DNA of 64,000 nt from Monocercomonoides exilis PA203 (lineage: Eukaryota; Protista; Preaxostyla): positions 248,001 through 312,000 of the forward strand of contig LSRY02000062.1 in NCBI GenBank assembly GCA_001643675.2, written 5' to 3'. A program made the translations under genes and the position numbers. Shown piece after piece: positions 36,728 through 49,157 of the stretch; position 1 is the stretch's first letter; the number at the start of each line of letters is the position of its first letter. The notes under the pieces are model-generated. The model did not search any database. It had not been told where the DNA came from and was given only the letters and a program-made list of their open reading frames with translations.

Positions 36728-38226
36728 TTGGCTCATGCTCCTTTTGAAATGTCGATTAGGGGAAAACAAAAGTATAATGTGCATTCATTTTTTACAATAT
36801 GTTAGTTGATGTTTTATTGATACAGTCTATTTTGTATGTTGGATCTATTTTATTAAAAAAGAACAGCACATTTCATGTGTTTTCTAATCTATTGCATTTT
36901 TCTTTGTTTTTCTTTTTTATAATTTTTAATACTTATTTTTTGTTTTCACAAGTGTATATTTTTCCTCGTATTGTAATCATAACAATGATCATTATCATGT
37001 TTGCCATAAGCGTTATTGTATGTAATTCATATGATTGTGTGTAACATATTTATGTTTCATCGATATAATTTCCTGATATTTTTCTGATTTATTTTTTTAA
37101 CAAATTTTTATTGTTTTTCTTCATTTTTATTTTTTCCTATCGTTTTGTTTGTTGACAACGTCAAAGTTTGTTGCATCATATTTTGAATTGAAAGTCTATT
37201 TTTATTGAAAAAAAAGATAACGCTTGAACAATTTCTTTTTTTAGTTATGTTTCTGTTTATGTTTTAGATTAAATAAGGTGTTATGTCCCATGCCCCGTAT
37301 GTATTCTCTAATGCATGTATTTTGGCTTATAATCAATTCACCCAATTTTATTATTATTATTATAATATCGGATGCCTATTTAGTCATTTCCTGCTGTTAT
37401 TGTCTCGAAATCGTTCTTGTTTAGAGCCATAATTTTTATAAGACAGTTCTTCTTAAACTTGAAATGGTAAATAATTTGTCAATATTTATGTGTTTCTTGT
37501 TGTTGTTATGGAGAGTGTTGTGATTTTGTGCTTTGAATTTAATGCATTTTTTTTACTAAAAGCAAGTTTAGTCGATTTTTTCATTTTTCAATTATTTTTC
37601 TATTGGAATTAATATTTTTAAATGCTGTTTTCACTCTTTTATTTGCTTCTTTTTTATATTCATTTTTTATTAATAATTTTATTCATTTTAAAATTTTTAA
37701 TAATTCTTCATATTTTGGTTGCGTCAAATTCATTACTTCGAAAATGGAGATGCACCAAAGTCAACAAAAGATAATTTTTTTATTTTAATTTTTTGGTTGC
37801 AATTCAAAACAGGTCAAAGAATATGTATTGATTTGTCTGATGAAAATTGAAGTTATCAAATTCGTTTGAATCCTTCTGGAAATTTTTTTTACTTGATTCT
37901 CGCTTGCATAAGAAAACAATCAGAAGAAACAAATAAAACTCAACCCTCGGGGGAAGTGAAAAGAAAGGAATGAGCCGGTATAAATGAAGAAAGCCAAAGA
38001 ATTAAGAAAGAGCTTGAAGTGAATGATTATTAAAATATATGACAAAATGACAGAGATAATCGAAATATAAATTGAAATATTGGAGAAAAAGACAAAACAG
38101 CAATTTAACAGAGAATTTCGTTTGAAAAAAATAATCAAGACGATTCAAAGAAAATTTCGAGCTAGTAAAACGCGTTAAAGCATCACCAGCAATCAACTCT
38201 CAAATAAACATAAACCAAATGAAACT

Positions 38227-39388
38227 CTACTTTTTCCTGACTGTGAAAAAGACAATCAAAGCAACAGCCACAACAACCAAGACAACAATCAGAAGAAGAA
38301 TGCACAGCTTCCTTCTCGACTTTCTGTCGTATTTGTCAGCTTTTTTCAGTTCAGTCACACCAGCTTCAACATTCTGCGATGCTTTGTATGAATTATCGCT
38401 TGCAAGCACTTACATAAGTTAAACAGGTAATATTAAAAATAATTATTACATATCAATAACATTTTTTAAAATAAATCATATTCACATTTTAAAGACAATC
38501 ACAATAATACTCATAAATAATTACAAACAAAGCTGTTCAGTTTGTTCGTTAAGCATTTGATTCATATCTTGTGTAGCTTCTCTAACCAAAACAATATCCC
38601 TCTGTAAAAAATTTTTTGTAAATTAATTACGTTTTAATATAAATGAATGCAAATAAACAGATTTTTACAAACATGAATTTCTTTAAATTGCTTTTCTCTA
38701 TCTTCAAGGATAGATGCTTGATAATTAGCTTGTTGCTGCATCATTGCTTCTTGTTCCTGTCTAAGAACATTATTGAATTAAAAATTCAGAAAATCATCAA
38801 AAAAGTGAAATCACACTGTGCCTTTTGAGCAGCTATTTCTTCTCTAAACAAAACATTAAAGGAAAAAAGGCATCAACCATTTGAGATAATAATTATATCG
38901 ATATATACTGTGTCATTCCATATTTTATGGCTGTATTCATTCCACCTTTGGCTTCGCGCCTCGCAAGAATTTGGATCTTGTTGTCATATGCTTTCTGGGC
39001 CGAGGAAAATGATTGCTGAATTTGGTCAAATCTCATCTGTAAGTTTCCTTTCCCTTTAACATCTGCTCTGAGTCTGCTTAATTCAGTTTCTATCAAAAAA
39101 TTAGAAATACGAAGTTTTGATCTCAACAAAAAAAAAATATCAAACCGTATTGCCTTAACCTAGACATTATTGATTGCTTAACTTCTTCAATGTTTGGACT
39201 TTTACTGCAAATAAAGAAAATTTGTCGTATATACAAGCATTACTTCTTTAAAAGCGTATACAAAATTATTAAAAATCAAACGAATTTAGATTCTGTATAT
39301 CGTTCAACAGATCCTTTATACGCATCTGTATCGTTGTAAGACGTTGGTCCAAAGGTGAATTTCCAGCCTTTTGATAAGCAGAGCTCAT
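38227..39388 (-). CDS. Syntaxin-family (Qa) SNARE, multi-exon
   Basis: Helical Habc-like N-terminus; SNARE motif ILEDREKQFKEIHRDIVLVREATQDMNQMLNEQTEQL..NVEAGVTELKKADKY; C-terminal TM after RKSRRK. Resembles the endosomal STX7/Pep12 type. Confidence 0.85.
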
Positions 39389-39421
39389 CTTCTGAGTAAA
39401 TATTGATTCTAATAGAAATAA

Positions 39422-42400
39422 ATGGGTAAATTGATCTTTGGGAAAATGTCTGATTTCATGTCTCGCTTCAAGGACACCACAGGTCAAGAAATCCATATGT
39501 TCCGTAGCGAACCAATGGATTATCTTCAATTTGTGTTTCCAAGAGAAGCAGGTTACTTGTTTTCTTTTTGTAATTTGCATGAAAACTGGTTCAAATTTTC
39601 TTGTTTGATATTTTGCAACACTAGCATATCAAACCATACACGAATTAGGAAAACTTGGCATTGTACATTTTGAAGATATGAATCCCTCCCTGAACTCAAA
39701 CAAAAGGGAGTTCATTGGAGAAATTAAACGTTGTGATGAGATGCAGCGTCATCTGCGATACTTCCGTGCTCAGGTTGTTCGCGCACGTCTTGAAGTTGTT
39801 GATGATTCGACGTTGCAGCAATTTTCTTTTTCTGATCTCGAAGCTCAATTTGAAGATATCGATACTCAACTTCGTGAACATAATATCAATCTGGAAGCAT
39901 TTAAGCGACATGAAAACGAACTGATCGAACTCAGGCATGTGCTAAAACTTGGAGCAAGCTTCTTCGATAAACAACCTATTCTCGAAACAGACAAACAACC
40001 ATTGGCCTACCAATCAACAAGTAGTTCTGCCATGAATGTTAAAATAGGGTTTGCATAATTTCAATACGCAAAATAATTAATTTTTCTTTCTTTCTTTTTA
40101 AACGTAGCTTCATCGCTGGAGTTATTCCAAAAACAAAGATCGAAACATTCCAAAGGATGTGCTATGTTGTTACAAGAGGAAACGTTTTTGTCAATACAGT
40201 CCCAATTGAAGAGAAAACTCTCGATGCAAGCTCTGTTTGTTGTTACTTATATTATCATAAAAAAAATTGTTTGTTTGCGATGCTTTTCTTTATTAGAGCA
40301 ATCCAATTGACAAGGAAGTGTTTGTTGTATTCTTCAGCGGAGAATTCACAAGAAACAGGATTATCCGAATTGCTGAATCTCTTTCTGCGTCTGTGTACAC
40401 AATCAGAGAGAGTGAGGCTGAAAGAGAAGCGATGCTGACAGAAATCGAAGCACGTCTGGCTGATATCAAAACTGTGATCAACAAAACAGAAGCCACACTG
40501 AACGAATTACTCGACCACATCCGTCGCGACTTGAATCAGTGGACAGCGTTTGTGATCAGCGAGAAGCAGCTCTTCCACACACTGAACAAATTCTCTAATG
40601 ACACCATCTCCAAATGCCTTGTAGGTGAAGGATGGGTTCCCACACGCTCCTTGTCTGATCTGCAGGATGCTCTCCATAGAGCTTCTATTGCATCATCATC
40701 TTCAGTACCATCCATTGCCCACATCATCAAGTCCCATGCAGAGAATGGGAAGATGGTAGATGTTGAGAACACAGTGCCTGTTGGGCCGACAGAAGGAGAT
40801 GAAGTGACAGTGGTTGCGCCAATGGTCGATGGAGAAGAAGACGAAAGGCCTCTTGCCATTGCACATTTGGATGCAGCTGTTGCTGAGCGAAAGCGGAGAG
40901 AGATGCGAAAGAGACGCTCACGTCCTCCACCCACGTTCATCCGGACGACAAAAGTGACACAGGCATTCCAGGCGATTGTGAATGCGTACGGAACAGCCGA
41001 CTACCGCGAGGTGAATCCAGGAATGATCACATTTGTTACGTTTCCGTTCCTGTTTGCAATTATGTTTGGGGACTTTGGCCATGGCATCCTCCTGTTTCTG
41101 GTGGGTCTGTTCTTTGTGCTGTTTGAGAAGAAGATGGGGAAGGGAATGAACGATCTGGTTGAGTATCTCTATGTCGGGCGGTACATGCTTGTGTTTATGG
41201 GCCTCTGGGCAGTCTTCACAGGGCTGATGTACAACGAATGCTTCTCGCTCTCAATGAACTTCTTCGGCTCTTCGTACGACTGCGACCCAGAAACGAACGT
41301 CTGCCAGAAGAAATACACATACTTCTTAGGATTCGATCCAGTGTGTTATTTGCCTATTATTATAATAAATCTTTAATTTTGGAAAAATATTTTTTTTTTC
41401 ATGTTTATCTTGAACCATACCCAAATATATTTTTATCTTTTTATCAGATTTGGCGTCAATGCACAAACAATCTGATCTTCTCTAATTCAATCAAGATGAA
41501 ACTGTCTGTCATCATTGGAGTCGCACACATGATTGTAGGAATCCTCTTCAAAGGGGCAAACGATGTGTATTTCAAGAACAAAGTCAACTTGTATTGTGAG
41601 TTTATCCCTCAGATCATTCTGATGACAGCCATGTTCGGATACATGGACTTCATGATCATCTACAAGTGGCTGTTTGCGAAGGACCCGCAGACTGCTCCTA
41701 TGCTCATTCGAACGATGATCAACATGTTCCTCGCCTTCAACGAAGACATCCCGCCAAATGAGAAGCTCTACCCAGGACAAGACCAGGTGCAGCGGTTCCT
41801 GCTTCTGTTGATTGTGATCTCCATCCCTTGGATGCTCATTCCTAAGCCAGCCATTTTGATCTATCAGCACATCAAAGAAGGCAAAGCAAAGAAAGCTCAG
41901 GCAGCTTCTGGCGGATACGAATCGCTTGACGGAGCGAAGCCAGGCAACTTGTCTGCTTCTGCTTCTGCTTCTTCAACAGCAGCCACAAACGAAGTGTCTC
42001 AAAGTGCATCATCTTCGTCTTCGATTGGATCATCTGCTGCAGCCTCACGTGCGGCAGAAGGTGGTGAAGACGATGACGAAGAGGAAGAGTTCAACATTGG
42101 AGAGATGTGTGTGCACCAGATGATTGAGACTATCGAGTTCTCTCTCTCGTGCGTGAGTAACACAGCCTCCTACCTCCGTCTCTGGGCGCTTTCGCTGGCA
42201 CACGGACAGCTGGCGGAGGTCTTCTTCGACTACGGAATGATCAAAGCAGGCGAAATTGCTGGCTTCTTCGGAGCAGCGCTGGGTGTGGCAGTGTGGCTGG
42301 TGGCGACGATTGGTATTCTGCTGGCGATGGAAGGTCTGTCAGCCTTTTTGCATTGTCTGAGGTTGCACTGGGTGGAGCTGCAGAACAAGTTTTACAAAGC

Positions 42401-42503
42401 AACCGGAAGAGACTTTGAGCCATTGAGCTTCAAAGAATTGATTGATGAGGAAGAAAGGAACAACCTCGACTTTGAGAGCAACGAGAAGGAGAAGCTCGCA
42501 TAA
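39422..42503 (+). CDS. ATP6V0A: V-type H+-ATPase V0 subunit a (5 exons)
   Basis: MFRSEPM, YREVNPG, TFPFLFAIMFGDFGHG, NSIKMKLSVIIG, VHQMIETIEF, SNTASYLRLWALSLAH, MEGLSAFLHCLRLHWVE. The start could be 39422, 39446 or later. Confidence 0.96.
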
Positions 42504-42564
42504 AGTGCATGAAGTGCAAGGAGGAGAAAGAAGATGATGGTTTTTAGGTTTTTGATAAGCCTGA

Positions 42565-42610
42565 AGAGAGAGAGAGAGAGTGTGTGTGTGTGTGAGTGAG
42601 TGAGTGAGAG
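42565..42610. repeat. Compound microsatellite (GA)n(GT)n(GAGT)n
   Basis: Read directly just downstream of the V-ATPase stop codon. Confidence 0.9.
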
Positions 42611-43095
42611 GAGAAAGAGTGGCATCAGTAATTAAGAGTATTTTATTTTGTTTTTACATAATTTTGTCATTAGCTGTTAATAATGAAAGAAAAGTTTTGC
42701 TATTCAAAAATCGACACATATGTTTTGGATCATTCGCTTCACCGGGAAGAGTTTTCTTTCTTTCTTTTTCATATTTTATGTGATTCCTTTTTATATTCAA
42801 TTGAACTCACTTTCTTTTTTCTTCACAAGTATTTTATGCTGCTATGTTTCCAAAAACAATCATCGAATCAAAAATGAAATTTTGTATTGTCTTTTTCAAC
42901 AAACATAAACAGAAACTCACACTAAAAAAATAAAGTGAAATGAAAGTTTAAATCCAGTAAGATGCAACAATTATTAATAAAGTTAAAAGATAAAAAAGAC
43001 GGATAAAAGATTCATTACAATTATAAAGAAAAGATAATAGCTTTTCAACAAGTTGGAGAGAAGTTGTCAGAAAATGAAGAAAGCAATGTGATGTG

Positions 43096-44812
43096 TTAAG
43101 CAAGCTCAACAAGACACAACAACGTCCTTCTTATTCCCTCTGTGCTGTAGAACTTGAGTCTCCCGTCACTCGAGAGAGTAACGAGCGGGGATGACACAAG
43201 AATAAGCTGAAGCTGATTGAAGTCGATTGCCGAGGCGCCTGTTATGTTCTTCACGATCTCATCCAGAATGGGCGTTTCGTTCGCCTTTCGCAATGCCTCA
43301 AAGTAGGAATTGCTGGTGATGTCAGCATCTTCATCCGATTCGCTTGTATCAAAAGCTGATCGACTTGCACTTTTGGCTCTGCTGCCATCAGAGTCAGTTG
43401 CATAACTTCCTTCTCTTTCTTCTTCACCTTTGCCAGATGAGATAATTTCTGCTTCTTCTTCTTTTTCCAGCTCAGCTAGCAGTTTTTGATAAAGAAGAGC
43501 AGATTCGTCCTTCATGGCATCCAAACTGTCTGCAGTATCTTCGTCTTCTTTCCTTTCTTCTTGTTTTCTTCTGCTCTGCCCCAAATTCTGCTGACTTTCG
43601 CTTTCTCCGTCTTCGTCAAATGATGGCAAATCGTCCAAGTCATCAAATAATAGCTTCTTCATCATCAAGTTCCGCTTTCGTTTTAAAGTGATTGCGTGTT
43701 GAAGTGTTCCGATGGTAATTTCGCTTTCTGAATGAAATGACTCAACATCTCCTGAAGACACACTGAATGAGGGAGACATTGCATCCGGTCTTCCTCTCCT
43801 GTCTTCTGCAAGTGCAGAGTGCTCGTCCACTCTGCGTGAAGCGGCGAAGCTTTGAAGAAGATCTCGCGCTGGTGCAACGTATCGAGAAGAGCCTGATGGA
43901 TGTGTGGAAGTGGGTGGTGGAGTGATTCCTGAGGAGGTGGAAGCAGAAGAGGCTTGTGAAGATGATGAAGCTGAAGAGAAAATTGATGAATTGTATGAAA
44001 CAGAAGCAAAGAAATGTGGTGGTTGAGAAATGATGCTTAGAAGTGTTGGAGATGCGTGCCTTTTACTGAGTTCAATGATCTGCTCCGAAGGAACATCAAT
44101 CTTGCATTGAGTTGGGCTTTTAATTCCCATCATCACCGGAAGTGTAAACACAAATGAAAATGCACGAGGTGTTCGAAATCGTCTTCTTTTCAAATATTCA
44201 AATTTTGGAACTAATGCCTCGCTTATGTGCTCTGGATTTATAGGATCAGGCGTAGGAGGCTTATCCTCTTGAATTGAAAAACATAAAATTCTTTCTGCAA
44301 CAGCCTCAATTTCAAATGGAGAAAGACGAAACGGAACAATTTCGCAATCAAAAGTGATGCACAACCAATGAAGAAACATAACAGATAATAATTTATGACC
44401 GCGTAGCAATAATAAAGGAAATGAGCTGAATATTTCAAATTTAATAAAACAAATATGAAAGAAGTAACAAAAAACAAGAAAAAAACCTAGAACCGCGGAC
44501 GGAAGCTACTTCTTTGTTTCCTCCACAAAGAATAGCTAAAAATGGATCTTCTCTGTCTGAACTTGAAGAAGTTCCACGAATTACAATTCCACTGTTGTAC
44601 TGAGGATCAAAAGGAGGTAATCGACCAATAAGAACATGAGTTAATTGTGAAGCAATTCTAGACTTTGATTCATTTATCAGAGCCTTGAAATTTGCAGCAA
44701 GATCGTCAGAAAGATGTTGAAGAAACTCATCGGTCCATTTGAATTGAAATAGTGGACTAACTCTATACATCGTAAATGTATGCGTTAGTGTTTCTAGCCA
44801 TAAAAATGACAT
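43096..44812 (-). CDS. CENPL: Centromere protein L (CENP-L/Fta1) homologue, about 551 aa; intron 44426-44486
   Basis: MYRVSPLFQF..LQHLSDDL, FPLLLLRG..HWLCITFDCEI and C-terminal IDFNQLQLILVSSPLVTLSSDGRLKF..LLCLVELA match the three CENP-L blocks as remembered (LYSLTPLYKF; LPLFLANG..WFQKTFDC; LVRVSTSVASAHTDGKIKI..LAYLTELA). Confidence 0.75.
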
Positions 44813-44983
44813 TTACTTTTTGAAACGCTTGTACAGGTTATTATTGAGGAGAAAAAATGTTTAAATTATTTGAAAAATAAATGTTGGAAATAAAACATTT
44901 TTTCAAAAAACTTATCTGAACTTAATTAAATTATGTGAGATAAAATTCCAGAAAATGATATTGAAAAATATGTTCCATTATAA

Positions 44984-47066
44984 ATGTCATTCACACCCAG
45001 TTGGCAAGAACTTGGTTTATCTCCAGAAATTATCCAACAATGTAGAAATTTTAGATTATTGGTACCAACTAACGTACAGAAAGAAACTATACCCCACATA
45101 TTGAAAGGGAAAGACGTTATTGGGTGCGCGAAAACAGGAAGTGGGAAAACAGCTGCGTTTGCTCTACCAATTCTTCAAAAACTTGCTCAAGAACCATTCG
45201 GAATATTTGCATTAATAATTACACCCACAAGGTTAGAGAATGATTAGAATTTCTTTCTTTATAATTGTATATTGTAATTTCTTAAATATTTGCAATTCCT
45301 TTTTTTCAAGAGAACTTGCTTCACAAATTGCCGATCAATTTCGAGCATTTGGCGCATCTTTAAGTGTTCGCATATGTCTTGCAATTGGGGGAAACAGTCT
45401 GCTGTTTTTCTTTTTTTGATAAGTTTATTTATTTATTCAGATATTTCGGAGCAGTTTAATGATCTTCAAAAAGCTCCTCACATAGTTGTTGCAACTCCTG
45501 CACGCTTATCCAGTTTTATTAAATCTCCAGCTGGTGGAGATTTAGTGAAAGAGAATCTTCAACGAATTAGATTTTTGGTACTCGACGAAGCTGATTCTCT
45601 CCTTACTGAAGAATTTTCTGATGATCTCACCACAATCTTCAATGCATGTGGAAGCAACAGGCAAACATTGTTCTTTTCAGCAACTGTCTCTGATCAATTT
45701 CTTAAAGATTTGAAGAAGTGGAAGATAACAAAGAAAAAGGAAATTATGTTGTTTACAGAACAAGGAGAAGATGAAGAAATGAAACTTGTTAAAAAGCTAG
45801 ATGAGAGATATATGTTTGTTCCAGCTGGAAGTAAAGAGAATTATCTATATTTTCTCCTGAAATACATTTTGCATGCATATCATGACGATGTGCAAACTCA
45901 ATCTAAACCTGGAGGAGAGAAAAAACGAACTTCATTTTTTGCGCCAAAGGAAGATATGATTAGAAAATCAAAGGCGTTCTTGGGGAAGTCATCTCAGCAG
46001 TCGTCATCTTCGGAATCATCTCCGTCATCAGCCCCTCCACTTCCTCCAGCCATTTCAGATTTTTCTCCCTCGATGGGTGACCAAGCACTGATATTTGTGA
46101 ACAAAAAGCGAACAGCTGTATTCCTCTCGTTTTTCCTCAGAGAACTCCACATAAAGGCTCTTGCATTGCACAGTGGACTGACACAGTTTCAGAGAGAATC
46201 AACGCTTACACGTTTCAAACAAAACCGGATATCGTTTTTGATTGCTACAGATGTTGCTGGAAGAGGGTTGGATATCGCGAATGTTCGACTTGTAATCAAC
46301 TATGATCTTCCTCTTGAGCCTGCAGACTTCATCCACAGAGTCGGGAGAACAGCACGTGCAGGAAGAAAAGGCGCTGCGATTTCGTTTGTTACACCGTTTG
46401 TGGTTGAGAAGTTGCAGAACATTGAGAAGGAAACGGGAAAAGTGATGGAGGTGTGAATATTGTTTGTTTAAAAGTTTGTGCTTTTTAGAATATTAAAATA
46501 TGATATTTTTACATAGAATTTTGGAGAGGTTGACGATCACTACATTTCAGAAGATCTGAAGGCTGTAGAAACAGCAAGGGCTGTTGCTGGATTGGTATGC
46601 TTCATTTCCTTTAGTAATACTTATTATATCTGAAATGAAACGGTTTATTTATTGATTTTTTAAATAACACACTTATCAGAAATTTAATGATTCTGCATTT
46701 GGAAAGAAATACAATGAAGAGCGAGAAGCGCTCATTACAAAAATTAAGAGTGAAAAGTCGAAGGAGAAGAAGCTTGAAAAAGGAGATGCAAGAATAAAGA
46801 CAACGATTGATACAGAAACTGAAAAAGGAGCAAAAGTGCTACAATTGATGAACATTGCATCTAAACACAATTCAAAAAAGAGAAAATTAGCGAAAGCATT
46901 TAACGAATCAGAAGAAATGGACGAAATCGAAATTCCTATGAAAAGAAAGCACAATCAAATTTCTGAAATATCCGATGGAAAAAAGCACTCAGAAGAAAAT
47001 GATGACAGCAGTAGTTCCAAACATCTAAAACAGGGGGCTAATAAGAAATTATTTGTTAAAAGATGA
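44984..47066 (+). CDS. DDX49: DEAD-box RNA helicase DDX49/Dbp8 (multi-exon)
   Basis: [81 protein letters not shown]. Confidence 0.9.
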
Positions 47067-47605
47067 AAAAAATCGAAAATTTGTTATGTTTGAAAGACTG
47101 ATATTTTTTGCTCGATGGCTGTTTTCACAGTTTCGAAGAGCAAAGTTATTTCTCATTTCATAAAAAATTCATTTCACTGTTTTTTTTTGTCGTTTGCACA
47201 AAATTAGTAAACTGTCAACGATTCTTAATGGAAACACAATTTTTTAAAAGAAGAATATTTGCTCGATAATTTTTATTTTTCTGAAAAGAAGAGTTCTTTT
47301 GTTTGGATTTGCTCAATAAAATACTGGAATCATCGCATTTGTTTAATGAAAATGAACCATTGCAATCAACAGCACAATTCTACTTTAGCATTTTTTCCAA
47401 AGCAATTGATTGACATTTTCTCATTCTTCACTAAAATTTCATTGAAAAATAGAAATATGAAAATGTTGATTATTCATTGTTATCAATACATACATAGCAA
47501 ATAACTATCAACAAAACATAAAGAATAAAATTAAGACATTGAAGGTGATATAATGATTCAAAAAATATACGATTTTGTAAAAAAATTGTAAATTTCTCTT
47601 ATATC

Positions 47606-48443
47606 TCAATTTGGCTTATCTTTTCCTTCTTCATCATCTTCTGCACCTGTTGTCCACAGTGAAAGGTTATCTCTCAAAAGTTGCATAATCAACGTTGAAT
47701 CTTTATATGACTCTTCGCTCAATGTGTCCAATTCAGCTATTGCATCGTCAAAAGCCTTCTTTGCAAGTGCGCAGGCACGATCTGGTGACTCCAATATTTC
47801 ATAATAAAACACCGAATAATTCAGCGCAAGTCCAAGGCGAATGGGGTTTGTTGGAGGAAGGTCTGATTCAGCAATTCCCGTAGCCGATTCATATGCCTCA
47901 TGTGAATTGTCAGCAGCTTTTTTCTTTGGATCATCGACCAAAAATTCAGTCAAATAACGGTAATAATCTCCCTTCATCTTGTAGTAGTAAACTTTGGCAT
48001 CTGGAGTTGTTGCTCTTGGAATGAGATTGTTATCAAGAAGATTGAGAATATCATCACAATTCTTTTGGAGATCCTCTTCAATCTTTGCACGATAGTTTTT
48101 GATCATTTCCAAATGATGTGCGTTTCCTCTTGCCTCTTCCTTTTGCTCTATTGAAGAGACAATTCTCCACGAAGCACGGTGAGCTCCGATTACATTTTTA
48201 TATGCAACAGAAAGCAAATTTCGTTCCTCAACTGTCAATTCCACATTCATTTCAGCAACTGATTTCATGCTCTTAACCATTTCTAAAAAACATCAGAAAT
48301 AAAAAATTTCCAATTATTTGGTAAAAACAATTTTGAAAATACGTTGATATAAAAATATATTGAAGAAACATTCCTTCAAATCGTTCAGACTGCTCTTGCA
48401 GTTTGGCCATGTAAACGGCAGTTTCACGAGGTTCGGAAGACAT
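47606..48443 (-). CDS. 14-3-3 protein (exon 1 48374-48443, exon 2 47606-48282)
   Basis: [74 protein letters not shown]. Confidence 0.97.
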
Positions 48444-49157
48444 CTGCTTTAAAAAAATACAATTTTAATTTTAAACACTTTAAAGTGTTTTACCTTGCTT
48501 ATTTTAAAAAATTAAATTATTGCTTTATAATTGTCGATCTTTTAATAATTGATGAACAGTTCCGAAAAAAATGATAATCGAACATGAAATATTAACTCAT
48601 CTATCAAAATTAATATTCTGAATAAAACAAAAATTGTTAAAAACAGACTTTTATTAAGATAGAGAAAAAGAAGATTTTCTTTTATCTCAAAATCATCAAT
48701 AAAACAGATTCAGAAAAATTGATACAACAACCAACAACAATGAATGATGAAATTACTCACTTTTTAATTGGATGAACTCGTCAAGTTTTAAAAACAAAAG
48801 TTACTAATCAAATAAATTAGTTTTTATTGTTTTGATTTTGAGAAAAACAATAATCTCAAAAACAGTCAACTTCTAACAAACTTTAATTCACGGAATTGTT
48901 CATCAAATAATCATTTTGACAACTTTTTTAATATTCAATGTTATTTTGTTGATTTTTTTTTTTGAAAAAGAATTTTTCCAAAAAAATAAAATTTATTAAT
49001 ATCCATTCGTCAATTGAAGTCTTAAAAAGATATCACTCTCTCATCATATTGTGCTTGTCGTGTTATTGGAAATACCACTTTGCTTTTGTGAAAGTTATTT
49101 TTTGGAAAGATATTTTCAGAATATTCAGATCATAAAGTAAATAATTGATATCTAATT

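Noticed and set aside
36799-38200. Short hydrophobic ORFs or a possible ncRNA between the kinase and syntaxin
   Set aside because: AT-rich UTR/intergenic composition; no tRNA, snRNA or snoRNA hallmarks recognised.
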